Part shown: piece after piece, positions 51,827 to 61,189 of the stretch | How positions within the stretch are numbered: the stretch's first letter is position 1 | Layout of the letters: each line of letters opens with the position of its first letter | Source of the DNA: Escherichia phage vB_EcoM_JNE01 | Sequence record: OR670491 | Reading direction: 5' to 3' (one strand) | DNA: 64,000 bases | The notes under the pieces: model-generated | Seen by the model: only the letters and a program-made list of their open reading frames with translations | What the model was told of the DNA's origin: nothing | Database searches by the model: none | Position numbers and translations under genes: made by a program

Positions 51827-52174
51827 ATGAAAACTGAAATAGATGTAACTAACTTTTCGTACCACGGTACACTGTATTGTATTTTTAAACTCAAGAACAA
51901 AGATGTATCAATTCGTGCTCTTTATAATATTTGTACTACCGAAACTGAATACGATTTGTACATAGTTAAAGATGAACGTGGTGAGCGTGGTAGGATTCCT
52001 AATTACGCTGAATGTTCATACAGGGATGAATATGAAGCTTTTATGTTCCAGGAATCATTAGTATGGGAGAAGGATGTTGATTTCTTCTTAGTAAAAGAAA
52101 TCCAAGAGTACTTCCAACGTAATCACGAAAAGTTTATAAATGATGATTCCAAATTTACTTTAACACTAGGATAA
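51827..52174 (+). CDS. FQxS-motif family protein, short A-type
   Basis: motif YEAFMFQESLVWEKD...EIQEYF. Confidence 0.55.
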   Translation: MKTEIDVTNFSYHGTLYCIFKLKNKDVSIRALYNICTTETEYDLYIVKDERGERGRIPNYAECSYRDEYEAFMFQESLVWEKDVDFFLVKEIQEYFQRNHEKFINDDSKFTLTLG

Positions 52175-52177
52175 TTT

Positions 52178-52570
52178 ATGACATTCGAAGATTCACAAAG
52201 AATTGTAAGTAAATGTATGGAATTAATAAAAGAATTAAAAGAAGTAACAGAATATGATCTATCATTTGCTGAACAAAATGAATTCAAGATTGATGGTTCT
52301 TTTTACTACAATCCCCTTTGGGATAAAAAAATCACATTCTTCTCAAAAGAGGGTTATAAAACAGATTATCCCCTAGAGCCAGAGCACGATCCTAGTACTG
52401 AAGAAGGTTTCTTTCAGTTGAGTTTACTTTACAATGATGATATAGTTCTAATGTACGCGATGTTCGATGCGTTCAAAAAGAGCGATTACGAAGAAATTTT
52501 CTTCCCTAATTATCGTTACCGTGTTGAACTAACTGGGATGGTGAAATGCAAAGTCAAAGTGGAGGAATAG
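52178..52570 (+). CDS. FQxS-motif family protein, long B-type
   Basis: N-terminus MTFEDSQRIV; motif TEEGFFQLSLLYNDDIVLMYAMFDAF. Confidence 0.6.
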   Translation: MTFEDSQRIVSKCMELIKELKEVTEYDLSFAEQNEFKIDGSFYYNPLWDKKITFFSKEGYKTDYPLEPEHDPSTEEGFFQLSLLYNDDIVLMYAMFDAFKKSDYEEIFFPNYRYRVELTGMVKCKVKVEE

Positions 52571-52571
52571 T

Positions 52572-52883
52572 GTGACACACGATGAATATAAAAGAGTCAT
52601 TACTGTGCAGAGTTCACTCCTTGATATAACTAAGGAGGATGCTGCATATGCACTTGTTTGTAAGAATATTCTTTCTGATTACCAAGATTTCTTTACGAAG
52701 AAATACACTGCTCGTTCTGTTTTGTTCACGGTGTACTTGGTAGGGGAAGAACAAATCCAAGAAATGAAAATAAACGAGTACTGTATAAATTTACACGCGA
52801 TATTCTTCAGAGTAGGTAAAAACGGTTCTAACTCATACGCTGCCAGATGTTTCAGTACTGGATACGTTGAATTACTCCCATAG
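52572..52883 (+). CDS. hypothetical protein (no family motif)
   Basis: GTG start after GGAGGAA RBS. Confidence 0.45.
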   Translation: MTHDEYKRVITVQSSLLDITKEDAAYALVCKNILSDYQDFFTKKYTARSVLFTVYLVGEEQIQEMKINEYCINLHAIFFRVGKNGSNSYAARCFSTGYVELLP

Positions 52884-52885
52884 GA

Positions 52886-52913
52886 TTGACACTTGGGAGT
52901 TTTGTGCTATAAT
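52886..52913 (+). promoter_or_regulatory. internal array promoter (TTGACA-N16-TATAAT)
   Basis: ttgacacttgggagttttgtgctataat. Confidence 0.55.
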
Positions 52914-52929
52914 ATTTTTAGAGGTACTT

Positions 52930-53241
52930 ATGACAACATATACAGTTGAGGTTAGCAGTTACGGGACGTACACGTACAGGGCAGGTGTAGTAGGTAAATT
53001 AGATCAGATCCTTGCATACGATGCATTTGAAGATTTCTGGTACATTCCATATCCTAATGAACGCAAATACGCTGATATCAGTGAAATCTTTAAGATGAAT
53101 GAAGAAGAGTTGTTTCAATTCTCATTAGTATGGGAACATAAAATCCCAATGGAAGTCGTTCTTGCACTGAATCCTATCATCATGAATTTAGTACTGAATT
53201 GTGAAACGCCCCGCAACATGAAGATTACATTTGAGGTGTAA
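52930..53241 (+). CDS. FQxS-motif family protein, short A-type
   Basis: start MTTYTVEV after promoter and AGAGG RBS; motif NEEELFQFSLVWEHK. Confidence 0.55.
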   Translation: MTTYTVEVSSYGTYTYRAGVVGKLDQILAYDAFEDFWYIPYPNERKYADISEIFKMNEEELFQFSLVWEHKIPMEVVLALNPIIMNLVLNCETPRNMKITFEV

Positions 53242-53712
53242 ATGATTAATTTAGAGAATAGCAGGACTTTAGCGAATAAGGTTATTACAATTGTTCAGTA
53301 CTACCATACAAACAGGCATCTTCTTACTGAGAATGTTCTGGTAGTTAGTAGGAGTGAAGATTTCGATGTAGATGCCTTAAAGGTATGTGAATGTATTTCT
53401 GAAGATAATTTAACAGAATACAGTGCTCGTTATCAGTACATGTGCTACAATAAGATGAGACGCTTGCACATTTCGAGTGACATGTACCCAACTAAAGATG
53501 AATTCGAAGAATTTGATATCACCAAAGATGAGTGCATGTATGCCTGTACTGAAGAAGGTTTCTTTCAATTAGAGACAATGTATTACCCTGAAGTTGTTGA
53601 AATTATTGCAGCTTTTGGTTTCATTTATAATAGCGATATTAACGTTGACTTCTATCTGGACTTAGATTATCTGGATTATCTTTATGCTGAGGCTACTAAA
53701 AATGAACATTAA
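53242..53712 (+). CDS. FQxS-motif family protein, long B-type
   Basis: N-terminus MINLENSRTLA; motif TEEGFFQLETMYYPEVVEIIAAFGFI. Confidence 0.6.
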   Translation: MINLENSRTLANKVITIVQYYHTNRHLLTENVLVVSRSEDFDVDALKVCECISEDNLTEYSARYQYMCYNKMRRLHISSDMYPTKDEFEEFDITKDECMYACTEEGFFQLETMYYPEVVEIIAAFGFIYNSDINVDFYLDLDYLDYLYAEATKNEH

Positions 53713-54238
53713 TATTAACAATCCAGAATCACTTGAGTACTTTTATTCTTTTATTACTAAAGCAGTTCCTTTGATCAAACAATCATTTCTCGAAGGTACT
53801 GAAGATAAACTTCTGAATTCTAAGTACACTATTGATGGCACAGTCCAAGAAAAATCTTCAGCGTTTCAGTCATGTGAAGTGCGTAATGTATTTTGTAAAA
53901 GCGAAGTGCCTGTTATCATTGGGACAAGTGTGTCTAATTCTTTTATGACAGTAGATGATGATGGTAAAATTCTACGTTTCGAGTACACAAGAAAAAGTAA
54001 TGTCTTTGAGTTATTCACTAATACAAAATACAAGTTCAGTTCTTCGTGTAACGCATTTCTTATTCCTGAATATAATTACACAGAATTTGAAGAACAATGT
54101 TTCCAGTTGCGTTGTACCGATGAGAACTGTGAACTAATGATTTTCTTAATGAAACTAAGAATGGTTATGAATAATACATTTGCAATGTACTTACCGTTCT
54201 TAAAAGTAAATGAAGTATTCAATGAAGGTGTACTGTGA
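53702..54238 (+). CDS. FQxS-motif family protein (divergent)
   Basis: motif FEEQCFQLRCTDENCELMIFLMKL; internal ATG of track ORF 53684..54238. Confidence 0.5.
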   Translation: MNININNPESLEYFYSFITKAVPLIKQSFLEGTEDKLLNSKYTIDGTVQEKSSAFQSCEVRNVFCKSEVPVIIGTSVSNSFMTVDDDGKILRFEYTRKSNVFELFTNTKYKFSSSCNAFLIPEYNYTEFEEQCFQLRCTDENCELMIFLMKLRMVMNNTFAMYLPFLKVNEVFNEGVL

Positions 54239-54444
54239 GTAAAATAAAGTACATCAATGATGATTACATTATGAAGAACGCTATTAAGTACTTCAGTAAT
54301 TCTGCCAATCAGGGTGACAATCTTAAGATGGTGGAGATTCGTGTACTCATATACTTAGGAACACAACACCAGGAAAAATTGATTGCAGAATATCTTGATT
54401 CACTAAAACGACATGTAGAGAAAATTTATTATGGAATACAATGA
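54235..54444 (+). CDS. small protein, LGTNYQE-motif family (outlying copy inside FQxS array)
   Basis: motif IYLGTQHQEKLIAEYL. Confidence 0.55.
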   Translation: MSKIKYINDDYIMKNAIKYFSNSANQGDNLKMVEIRVLIYLGTQHQEKLIAEYLDSLKRHVEKIYYGIQ

Positions 54445-54931
54445 AGTTTTGAAGTTATACGAAGATATTTGTACTGCAATTAAAGTTGTGGAACTTGATA
54501 CAAAGAATCCAAATCCCAAGTTACATACACAGATAGTTAGTCCAGTAGCTTCCTTCCGTAAGATATTAATAAAATCAGACTACGAGATGGAACACTTAAT
54601 GTTTGTACATGATGAGAAGTTGACTAATATTGTACCGAACTCTCATTTCGAACAAGCAATGCATACGTTCATGTCATTCCACAAGGACAGTACTAAAATC
54701 ATGTTACACAGTGATATATACACTGAGTATGATATTGTTCCTGTGGAGTTGAATGCTGACAGTTATTTTCAGTACAGTTTTGTGTACGACGAGACGCTAC
54801 TGATGATGCAGTTTCTTTCTAATCTATACATGCAGAACGATGACCTTCCGAACTTCATTAAGATTAATATTTCATATCTCAAGATGCCACAGTACTTAAA
54901 GATTAAGGAATACTACAGTGATTTACTCTGA
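54431..54931 (+). CDS. FQxS-motif family protein
   Basis: motif NADSYFQYSFVYDETLLMMQFL. Confidence 0.55.
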   Translation: MEYNEVLKLYEDICTAIKVVELDTKNPNPKLHTQIVSPVASFRKILIKSDYEMEHLMFVHDEKLTNIVPNSHFEQAMHTFMSFHKDSTKIMLHSDIYTEYDIVPVELNADSYFQYSFVYDETLLMMQFLSNLYMQNDDLPNFIKINISYLKMPQYLKIKEYYSDLL

Positions 54932-55460
54932 ATACAATTCGTTAATTGAAACTATTGAAAAGTCCAGACGTGCTCATACGTTAATGGTTAAGTACGATAT
55001 TAATAAGTATAAGAAATTTAGTATTCAAGAACTTGAACTCGGTGAAAATACAAGGAAATTTCTTTCTTATAGTGGTAGAATGTTTATCTCTCTTAATTTC
55101 TTTGAGAATCCAGATTTGGAATTGATGCGTTCTATGGTTACATCAATGGACGATAAAATACAAAGTATCTATTTCCGTAATGGCAAGAAGATGGAAATCC
55201 ATGTGTACTATCAGTGTGATGACCGTTTATCATATGATATTACAAACTATCCACAATTCAGTACTTCAGACGATGCAGCTTTATTCCAGTACAGTACTCT
55301 GTACAGTAATTTTGATTTCATGTGCTTGTACATAATCAATGCCCTACGAGAACTGGACTATAACAATTACAACATCAACTGCTCTGTAATGCAGGACGAT
55401 GGTTTCGATGAAGGTATTGATGAGTTACTTACATATCTAAATGAGTACATTAATGAATAA
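54918..55460 (+). CDS. FQxS-motif family protein
   Basis: motif SDDAALFQYSTLYSNFDFMCLYII. Confidence 0.55.
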   Translation: MIYSEYNSLIETIEKSRRAHTLMVKYDINKYKKFSIQELELGENTRKFLSYSGRMFISLNFFENPDLELMRSMVTSMDDKIQSIYFRNGKKMEIHVYYQCDDRLSYDITNYPQFSTSDDAALFQYSTLYSNFDFMCLYIINALRELDYNNYNINCSVMQDDGFDEGIDELLTYLNEYINE

Positions 55461-55513
55461 AATAGAAATAAAATCTTTTTGTAATAGTTTTATAAAAGAT
55501 CTGGAGTACTAAT

Positions 55514-55882
55514 ATGAAACAGGTATTTCGTTATACGTATTACACTACAAAAAAGCAATTGGTTTCTTTATTTGGTTTCAAGACTTTGAAGACAAATGCA
55601 TATCAAAGGGTATTCATTGGCATTGATGATAATGGTTTCTTTCAATTACTGTCCAATGAAAGTGATAAGTCCTATACTATCCCTGACACTACTGTACTGG
55701 GAGAAGGTGAATTATTCCAGTTGAGTACTGTATGGGATGATTCAGAATATGCATGTAATTTTGAGAATTTTGTTCAGTACCAGAAAATATTACGAACTGA
55801 TTTTGAGAACTACCCAGTGAAAGTATTAAGTACTGGAAACGAACAATACAGACAAAAAGTGGTTGAACTTGATGCGTATTGA
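55514..55882 (+). CDS. FQxS-motif family protein, short A-type
   Basis: motif GEGELFQLSTVWDDSE...YQKIL. Confidence 0.55.
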   Translation: MKQVFRYTYYTTKKQLVSLFGFKTLKTNAYQRVFIGIDDNGFFQLLSNESDKSYTIPDTTVLGEGELFQLSTVWDDSEYACNFENFVQYQKILRTDFENYPVKVLSTGNEQYRQKVVELDAY

Positions 55883-56405
55883 AACAATAAGAACACACAG
55901 TGCAGAAACATTCTTTGATATTTGGCTTGTCCAGGAGCTAATGACTATTGGTTCTATTCCTACGAAATTATTAAATTACACACATAACAATAGTAATTCT
56001 GTACCACACCAATCAATTACCGATAGTAGTGGTGTGGTGTACATGCGTAGTAGTACTAATATTAATAATATAAAAAGTGCATACAATAATTCATGTGGCT
56101 TCTTTACTTATAAATCCGATACTCACCCATCATTCAGTACTATATTACAGGGGAATGTAATTTATCTTGACATGTTGAAACCACAAGAGTATACTGACGA
56201 TGTAATTAATGAAATTAGTACTGCAACAGATCCGAATCTGGTAATTGCTTCTATGGTATTCTCTTACATGAGATACAGTGCTATGCCGTGTACGTGGGCT
56301 TCAGCACCTGATCTCAGGAGATATTTAAATTCACTCCTAGGCACAAACTTCAGAGAACATTTAAATGCACGACGATTTATACAAAATAAACTACAGATTG
56401 AGTAG
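55872..56405 (+). CDS. hypothetical protein with C-terminal LGTNFRE motif
   Basis: C-terminal YLNSLLGTNFREHLNARRFI resembles LGTNYQE family; ATG chosen over TTG 55863. Confidence 0.45.
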   Translation: MRIETIRTHSAETFFDIWLVQELMTIGSIPTKLLNYTHNNSNSVPHQSITDSSGVVYMRSSTNINNIKSAYNNSCGFFTYKSDTHPSFSTILQGNVIYLDMLKPQEYTDDVINEISTATDPNLVIASMVFSYMRYSAMPCTWASAPDLRRYLNSLLGTNFREHLNARRFIQNKLQIE

Positions 56406-56718
56406 AAAAGAACTTATACTCAGGATTGGTTATGATGCACGTAAAAAATGTCACAATAATATCATGTACAACAGTACTGAACGTTTTCTTTTTTGTGTTG
56501 GATTTACAAGGTACTTCATTGATGACTTTACGGAGTTAGGTGAAGGGGAACTATTCCAGAACATGTGTGTTCTTCCTGATTACATTAATGTAGATATATA
56601 TGACTTAGTAAAGTATCAGAAAGCATTAAAGTACTTATACAATAACTATCCATGTACACCAGATCCTAAAACTATAGGTTATGAGGTTTATCACTTACCA
56701 GGAAATCTAATATGTTAG
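56365..56718 (+). CDS. FQxS-motif family protein, short A-type (paralogue of 55514..55882)
   Basis: motif LGEGELFQNMCVLPD...YQKAL; N-terminus aligns with 55514..55882. Confidence 0.5.
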   Translation: MHDDLYKINYRLSRKELILRIGYDARKKCHNNIMYNSTERFLFCVGFTRYFIDDFTELGEGELFQNMCVLPDYINVDIYDLVKYQKALKYLYNNYPCTPDPKTIGYEVYHLPGNLIC

Positions 56719-57296
56719 ATAAAGATAAAAAACTACTGTCCCCAAGAAATAATCATTTAAAATTAGATACATTAGAAGAAGCTATCCAATGCGGTAAACA
56801 GTTAGTTGAACTAATCAATGCAATTGAAAATGATGAAATACCACAGATTCAACGCTGTGAAGAAGAATTTGAGGGTGATGGCGATCCTTACTATTACAAT
56901 TTTAGAAAGGAAGATGCTAGAACATCTGAATACGAAAGTGCACTATATACAGTACAAGGTGATTACGACACAAGTGAATACGATCCATGTTTTCAGGGTG
57001 GATTCCTCAGTACTAGTTTAAAATCAGATATAATTGTAGTTGACTGGTATGTACACAGAGATGGTAGTTTAGAGGATAATAATGAACTTCGTCTCGATGC
57101 ATCAGGTATTGAATTTACTGAAGAGTCATTCTTCATGCACAGTACATTGTACTCTCAGTACTGCACTGGTGTTATGGTACTGGCGAAGTACTTAAACCAA
57201 GAACTCAAAAAACCTATCTATCTGGACTTAGATATGCTAGAACAAGCATACAAGTACCACCTTCAAGCCAAATCAAAAAAGGCATCTAAAAAATAG
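56712..57296 (+). CDS. FQxS-motif family protein (FM.S variant)
   Basis: motif TEESFFMHSTLYSQY. Confidence 0.5.
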   Translation: MLDKDKKLLSPRNNHLKLDTLEEAIQCGKQLVELINAIENDEIPQIQRCEEEFEGDGDPYYYNFRKEDARTSEYESALYTVQGDYDTSEYDPCFQGGFLSTSLKSDIIVVDWYVHRDGSLEDNNELRLDASGIEFTEESFFMHSTLYSQYCTGVMVLAKYLNQELKKPIYLDLDMLEQAYKYHLQAKSKKASKK

Positions 57297-57326
57297 TTGA
57301 CCTTCCTCCTTCTCTTGTGATATAAT
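57297..57326 (+). promoter_or_regulatory. internal array promoter (TTGACC-N18-TATAAT)
   Basis: ttgaccttcctccttctcttgtgatataat. Confidence 0.45.
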
Positions 57327-57360
57327 TCTTTTAATATCTTTTTAATGGAGTTATATCACA

Positions 57361-57834
57361 ATGAGCACTCATTTTCTTTGCACTTATCAATCAGCATTTG
57401 CTTTAGCTCAAAAAATCGAATTCCTTTACCATACATTCATTTCCTTCGAGGATGATGAACACATCCAAGTAGGTTCAGAAAGACTTGATTTCAAGGAAAG
57501 TCATAACCAAATTATATATAAAAAATGTTTGTTATTCAGTGTAAATGAAAATTCAGTGAATATCAGGACAAATATAGACCCTTATGTTTGTTATTCCCCA
57601 ACAATAAAGAGATATAAATTATCTACTGCAAGGGGTTATTCAAATGATTATGAAGCTGTTGACATTTTCAGTGAAGAAGATTACTTCATGAATTTGTGTT
57701 TGTTCCCTGAACTGGACGTATATAATCTTACTATCATTTCATACTTCAAGTTAAAGGGCATGGGTTCATTCTATATGGATCTGGATTGCGTTAATGAATT
57801 GTATGAGCATTTTTCTGGAGTACATAATGTATAA
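57361..57834 (+). CDS. FQxS-motif family protein (variant)
   Basis: motif SEEDYFMNLCLFPELD. Confidence 0.5.
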   Translation: MSTHFLCTYQSAFALAQKIEFLYHTFISFEDDEHIQVGSERLDFKESHNQIIYKKCLLFSVNENSVNIRTNIDPYVCYSPTIKRYKLSTARGYSNDYEAVDIFSEEDYFMNLCLFPELDVYNLTIISYFKLKGMGSFYMDLDCVNELYEHFSGVHNV

Positions 57835-58315
57835 GAATGTAATGATGACCGACTACGATTCAGTACTGAAATTTGCAGAAATCGTAACCAAAATACACTT
57901 TGAAGCTTACACTGATAATCCATTCGGTGGTTTATTTTATAAGAAATTCGACTCATACGAACGACCAATCCTCGCTGATCTAAATTATGTAAATGATGAG
58001 AATGCAATGGAACGATATTGTGAGTACTTCAAAGATAGTGATTTCAGTTTAAAAAGTGCATATATGTCATACGCACCTGGAACTGATATATCCATTAATG
58101 ATGGCTATGATAAAGTCCTATACAAATCTGAAGATTTACCAAAGGATTATAGTGAGGATTCATATTTTCAGTACTTATGTATACATGATATCAATACTGT
58201 GAATGTATTATTCTTCTATACTATTCTTCGTAAGAAATATCAGTTGACTAAATGTTTCTTTTTGGATTTTGAATTAATGTCCGATGCAGTACTGGAGTAT
58301 CTCAATGCCGATTGA
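57827..58315 (+). CDS. FQxS-motif family protein
   Basis: motif SEDSYFQYLCIHDINTVNVLFFYTIL; ATG after GGAG chosen (track start 57794; 57842 also possible). Confidence 0.5.
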   Translation: MYKNVMMTDYDSVLKFAEIVTKIHFEAYTDNPFGGLFYKKFDSYERPILADLNYVNDENAMERYCEYFKDSDFSLKSAYMSYAPGTDISINDGYDKVLYKSEDLPKDYSEDSYFQYLCIHDINTVNVLFFYTILRKKYQLTKCFFLDFELMSDAVLEYLNAD

Positions 58316-58646
58316 AATCGAGTTCATGGTTGATTCGGATTATGATTGTTTTATTATCCAGACTAAGTACAAAGATGACTTGTACTTAGTTTATATTCAC
58401 GATAATTCACAGTTCTATATGCATAGAAAAGTATCCAAAACATACACACAAGAAAAGAAAATCAAAAACTATACCAAACTAAGTACAGAAGAACTATTCC
58501 AAATGAGTTGTTCTGACGACTATGATGTGCATTTGATAAAAGAATTACAATTACCGCTTCTTAAATTCCAAAAAGAATGTAATCCTGTATTTGCAAAGCA
58601 CTTTGGTATCCCGTGGGATTATACAACATTTATGTACGAAGGATAA
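58305..58646 (+). CDS. FQxS-motif family protein, short A-type
   Basis: motif STEELFQMSCSDDYD; ATG after GGAG chosen (track start 58284). Confidence 0.5.
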   Translation: MPIEIEFMVDSDYDCFIIQTKYKDDLYLVYIHDNSQFYMHRKVSKTYTQEKKIKNYTKLSTEELFQMSCSDDYDVHLIKELQLPLLKFQKECNPVFAKHFGIPWDYTTFMYEG

Positions 58647-58649
58647 GAT

Positions 58650-59045
58650 ATGAAAACAATGCATGTAATTTTACGTGTTGAAACTGCTTTACGTGTTGAT
58701 ACTTCTCTTAAATATGCCAATAATTCATATGATTCAGTAGTATATGAACGTTGGGTTAAGCTTGACAAGACGAACACTTTACGCTATATTTCTAATACAA
58801 ATAAATTCGATGTGAACTCCGAGAACGTTCCTAGGCTCGCTCACATGAGTTCTGAAGAGGTATTTCAGTACTCCTTAGTGCACAAGCATAGTGCTGATTT
58901 GAAGGTTCTGAAGGCCGTTCAGGAGGCTCTATTGGAGAATAACAGGACTCGTTACGTTACAATTGAGGTGGATGCACCGGATTATATGTTAGATGATGAC
59001 GAATTCTATGAGAAACATTTCCCTAAGAAACAATGGAGGGATTAA
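58650..59045 (+). CDS. FQxS-motif family protein
   Basis: motif SSEEVFQYSLVHKHS. Confidence 0.55.
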   Translation: MKTMHVILRVETALRVDTSLKYANNSYDSVVYERWVKLDKTNTLRYISNTNKFDVNSENVPRLAHMSSEEVFQYSLVHKHSADLKVLKAVQEALLENNRTRYVTIEVDAPDYMLDDDEFYEKHFPKKQWRD

Positions 59046-59513
59046 ATGCGAAAGTACAATGATGCTATGCGTTTCGCACGTGATAGTCTAAATGCACTCA
59101 CGTACCTTGTACTGAACGAAGATAAACTACCAAAAGAGTTTGACGTTCGTTATCCAGCCCGTAACGTTATGGTTACATGGCACGGTGCTTATAGTGTTAG
59201 TGTTTCGTCGGCAGGAGATCCATCACCTTATGTAGCTTCCATATTTGAAAAAGCCAGAACAAACTATGTGTACTTCGCTAAGAACACTAATACTGTTAAT
59301 TTCATCGCTAAAGACCGTAACTTGTGCAAGATGCAAGTACTGACAGAATTAAGTCCAGAGAATTTCTTTCAACAGAGTCTTCTTTATCCAGAAGATGCAG
59401 TACTTGCATTGTTTATGATTTCGTACTATAATTTGAACAGTACTATCGGTTCGTTCTCCTACGAGGTTGCTGACATGAAGCACTTCATTAAAACACTGAA
59501 GGGATTAAAATGA
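59046..59513 (+). CDS. FQxS-motif family protein
   Basis: motif SPENFFQQSLLYPEDAVLALFMISYY. Confidence 0.55.
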   Translation: MRKYNDAMRFARDSLNALTYLVLNEDKLPKEFDVRYPARNVMVTWHGAYSVSVSSAGDPSPYVASIFEKARTNYVYFAKNTNTVNFIAKDRNLCKMQVLTELSPENFFQQSLLYPEDAVLALFMISYYNLNSTIGSFSYEVADMKHFIKTLKGLK

Positions 59514-60055
59514 ATATTGAAGGTATAGATAAAATTGTCCAAATGTACAAGTTCTTATTATATGCTCGTAAGAATATGGAAGCACATAAAATTTGGTTTG
59601 ATGCACCTGATGATGAATATATGTTGATTAGAAATATCGCTGCGGGTACTGATTTTTATGGAAAGGGTGATGGACTAATATTTACAATTCGCCCTGAAGT
59701 TCAGGGTGATCATAACCGACGAAACCCCAATAGTGCTTCACATTACAAGCACATACTACGCGATGATAATTTCTTCATTAGCTCAAGTGAAAGTGATTTA
59801 TGTGATGATATTTTCATTAGTTATTTGGATGAACCTGTTATAATCAAAATGCCAAGTACTGAAGAAGAGGAATTTCAGTTCTCATTAATTCATGATGACA
59901 AGACTATGTTTATATATTATCTACAGAAAGCATTGAAAGGTATTATACCAAATGATGTATGGGTTGGTGGTTATTATGATAGAATCATAAACTACGATTT
60001 CAGTACTGTACTAAGTCTCATTAACACTGATAAGATGAAATATGGAAAATATTAA
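59510..60055 (+). CDS. FQxS-motif family protein
   Basis: motif TEEEEFQFSLIHDDK; ATGA coupling. Confidence 0.55.
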   Translation: MNIEGIDKIVQMYKFLLYARKNMEAHKIWFDAPDDEYMLIRNIAAGTDFYGKGDGLIFTIRPEVQGDHNRRNPNSASHYKHILRDDNFFISSSESDLCDDIFISYLDEPVIIKMPSTEEEEFQFSLIHDDKTMFIYYLQKALKGIIPNDVWVGGYYDRIINYDFSTVLSLINTDKMKYGKY

Positions 60056-60560
60056 AACACCTAAGCATATTATTAAAGTACTTGAATTCATGTTAACTAA
60101 AGTACAAAAAACAATAGAGAATGGTATTAAAAAATCTATATACGTTAATGGAAAAGATTCTCTACTTATTATCCATCCTGATGGTCAATGCACTTTGCAG
60201 TACAATACTGACCGTAAAATCACTATGTTAAATGAAAACCTTCAGTACGTAAGTGATAGTGTTTCAAGGATTATCATCAGGGGTGATACATTCTTCCTAT
60301 CTTCACCGAACTCAATGAAGTTGTATCCAGTCAACGATGTTATTGAATATGAGGATGCAGAAAAATATGATTTGACTGGTTTCAAGACCGAAGAAGGTCG
60401 CTTCATGTTAAGTACACTTCTTGATCAAGATGCAATGAACATCCTGGAAATTGATGCTGCTATCGGTCACTTAATCCCAGCTAATCAATACATTAGCTTA
60501 AGAACCAATGCCATGTACAGCGAAGCAATGCGTGCTATAAGACGTGATTTCAACATATAA
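60042..60560 (+). CDS. FQxS-motif family protein (FM.S variant)
   Basis: motif TEEGRFMLSTLLDQDAMNILEIDAAI; followed by terminator. Confidence 0.5.
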   Translation: MENIKTPKHIIKVLEFMLTKVQKTIENGIKKSIYVNGKDSLLIIHPDGQCTLQYNTDRKITMLNENLQYVSDSVSRIIIRGDTFFLSSPNSMKLYPVNDVIEYEDAEKYDLTGFKTEEGRFMLSTLLDQDAMNILEIDAAIGHLIPANQYISLRTNAMYSEAMRAIRRDFNI

Positions 60561-60581
60561 GACCCTTATGGGTCTTTTTGT
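60560..60581 (+). terminator. rho-independent terminator
   Basis: agaccc-ttat-gggtct followed by TTTTTG. Confidence 0.6.
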
Positions 60582-60590
60582 GTTTAGGGC

Positions 60591-60619
60591 TTTACAGAGC
60601 GTTCTAGACGTGTTATAAT
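60591..60619 (+). promoter_or_regulatory. internal array promoter (TTTACA-N17-TATAAT)
   Basis: tttacagagcgttctagacgtgttataat, then AGAGG RBS. Confidence 0.5.
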
Positions 60620-60649
60620 GCGTATATATTAATTGTTTAAGAGGCTATA

Positions 60650-61189
60650 ATGGAAAAAATACTCATAGTTCATGACATTATAAAAGAGATGGCAACATTA
60701 CATGAAAGCGATAAAGTTGTTTCTAATCCCACTTCAATAACAAACTGCTTTTTAATGAGAAAGATGCACTACGGTGTGAACTTACTACTCAAGGCAGAAT
60801 CGGCAACGTACTTCACCTTTTCAGTGTATAGTAGTTCATTCCAAATAGATGATAGTACTGAGACAAAAATCCTGATAGATGGCTCTAACAAATGGGTGTT
60901 TATTGAAAGTGCTGAAAACTGTATCCCGTGCTTAGAGGCTGACTACGCAGATATTAAACTTGATCTAATTGAAAGTACTGACATTGAGAGTACATACTTT
61001 CAGATGTGTACTTTACATGATACTTCTATTGTAGATGCATTAGTACTTGAATTCTTACTTCGTGATTGGATTAAGAATAGTTCACTAGGAAGATTCTACG
61101 TTGGTTATGTCAATAAAATGCGTGATTTAACTGTTCAAGAGTTGAAAGAACTTCTGGACGCATTAAGGAAATTAAATGCTGAATCGTGA
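60650..61189 (+). CDS. FQxS-motif family protein
   Basis: motif DIESTYFQMCTLHDTSIVDALVLEFLL. Confidence 0.55.
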   Translation: MEKILIVHDIIKEMATLHESDKVVSNPTSITNCFLMRKMHYGVNLLLKAESATYFTFSVYSSSFQIDDSTETKILIDGSNKWVFIESAENCIPCLEADYADIKLDLIESTDIESTYFQMCTLHDTSIVDALVLEFLLRDWIKNSSLGRFYVGYVNKMRDLTVQELKELLDALRKLNAES

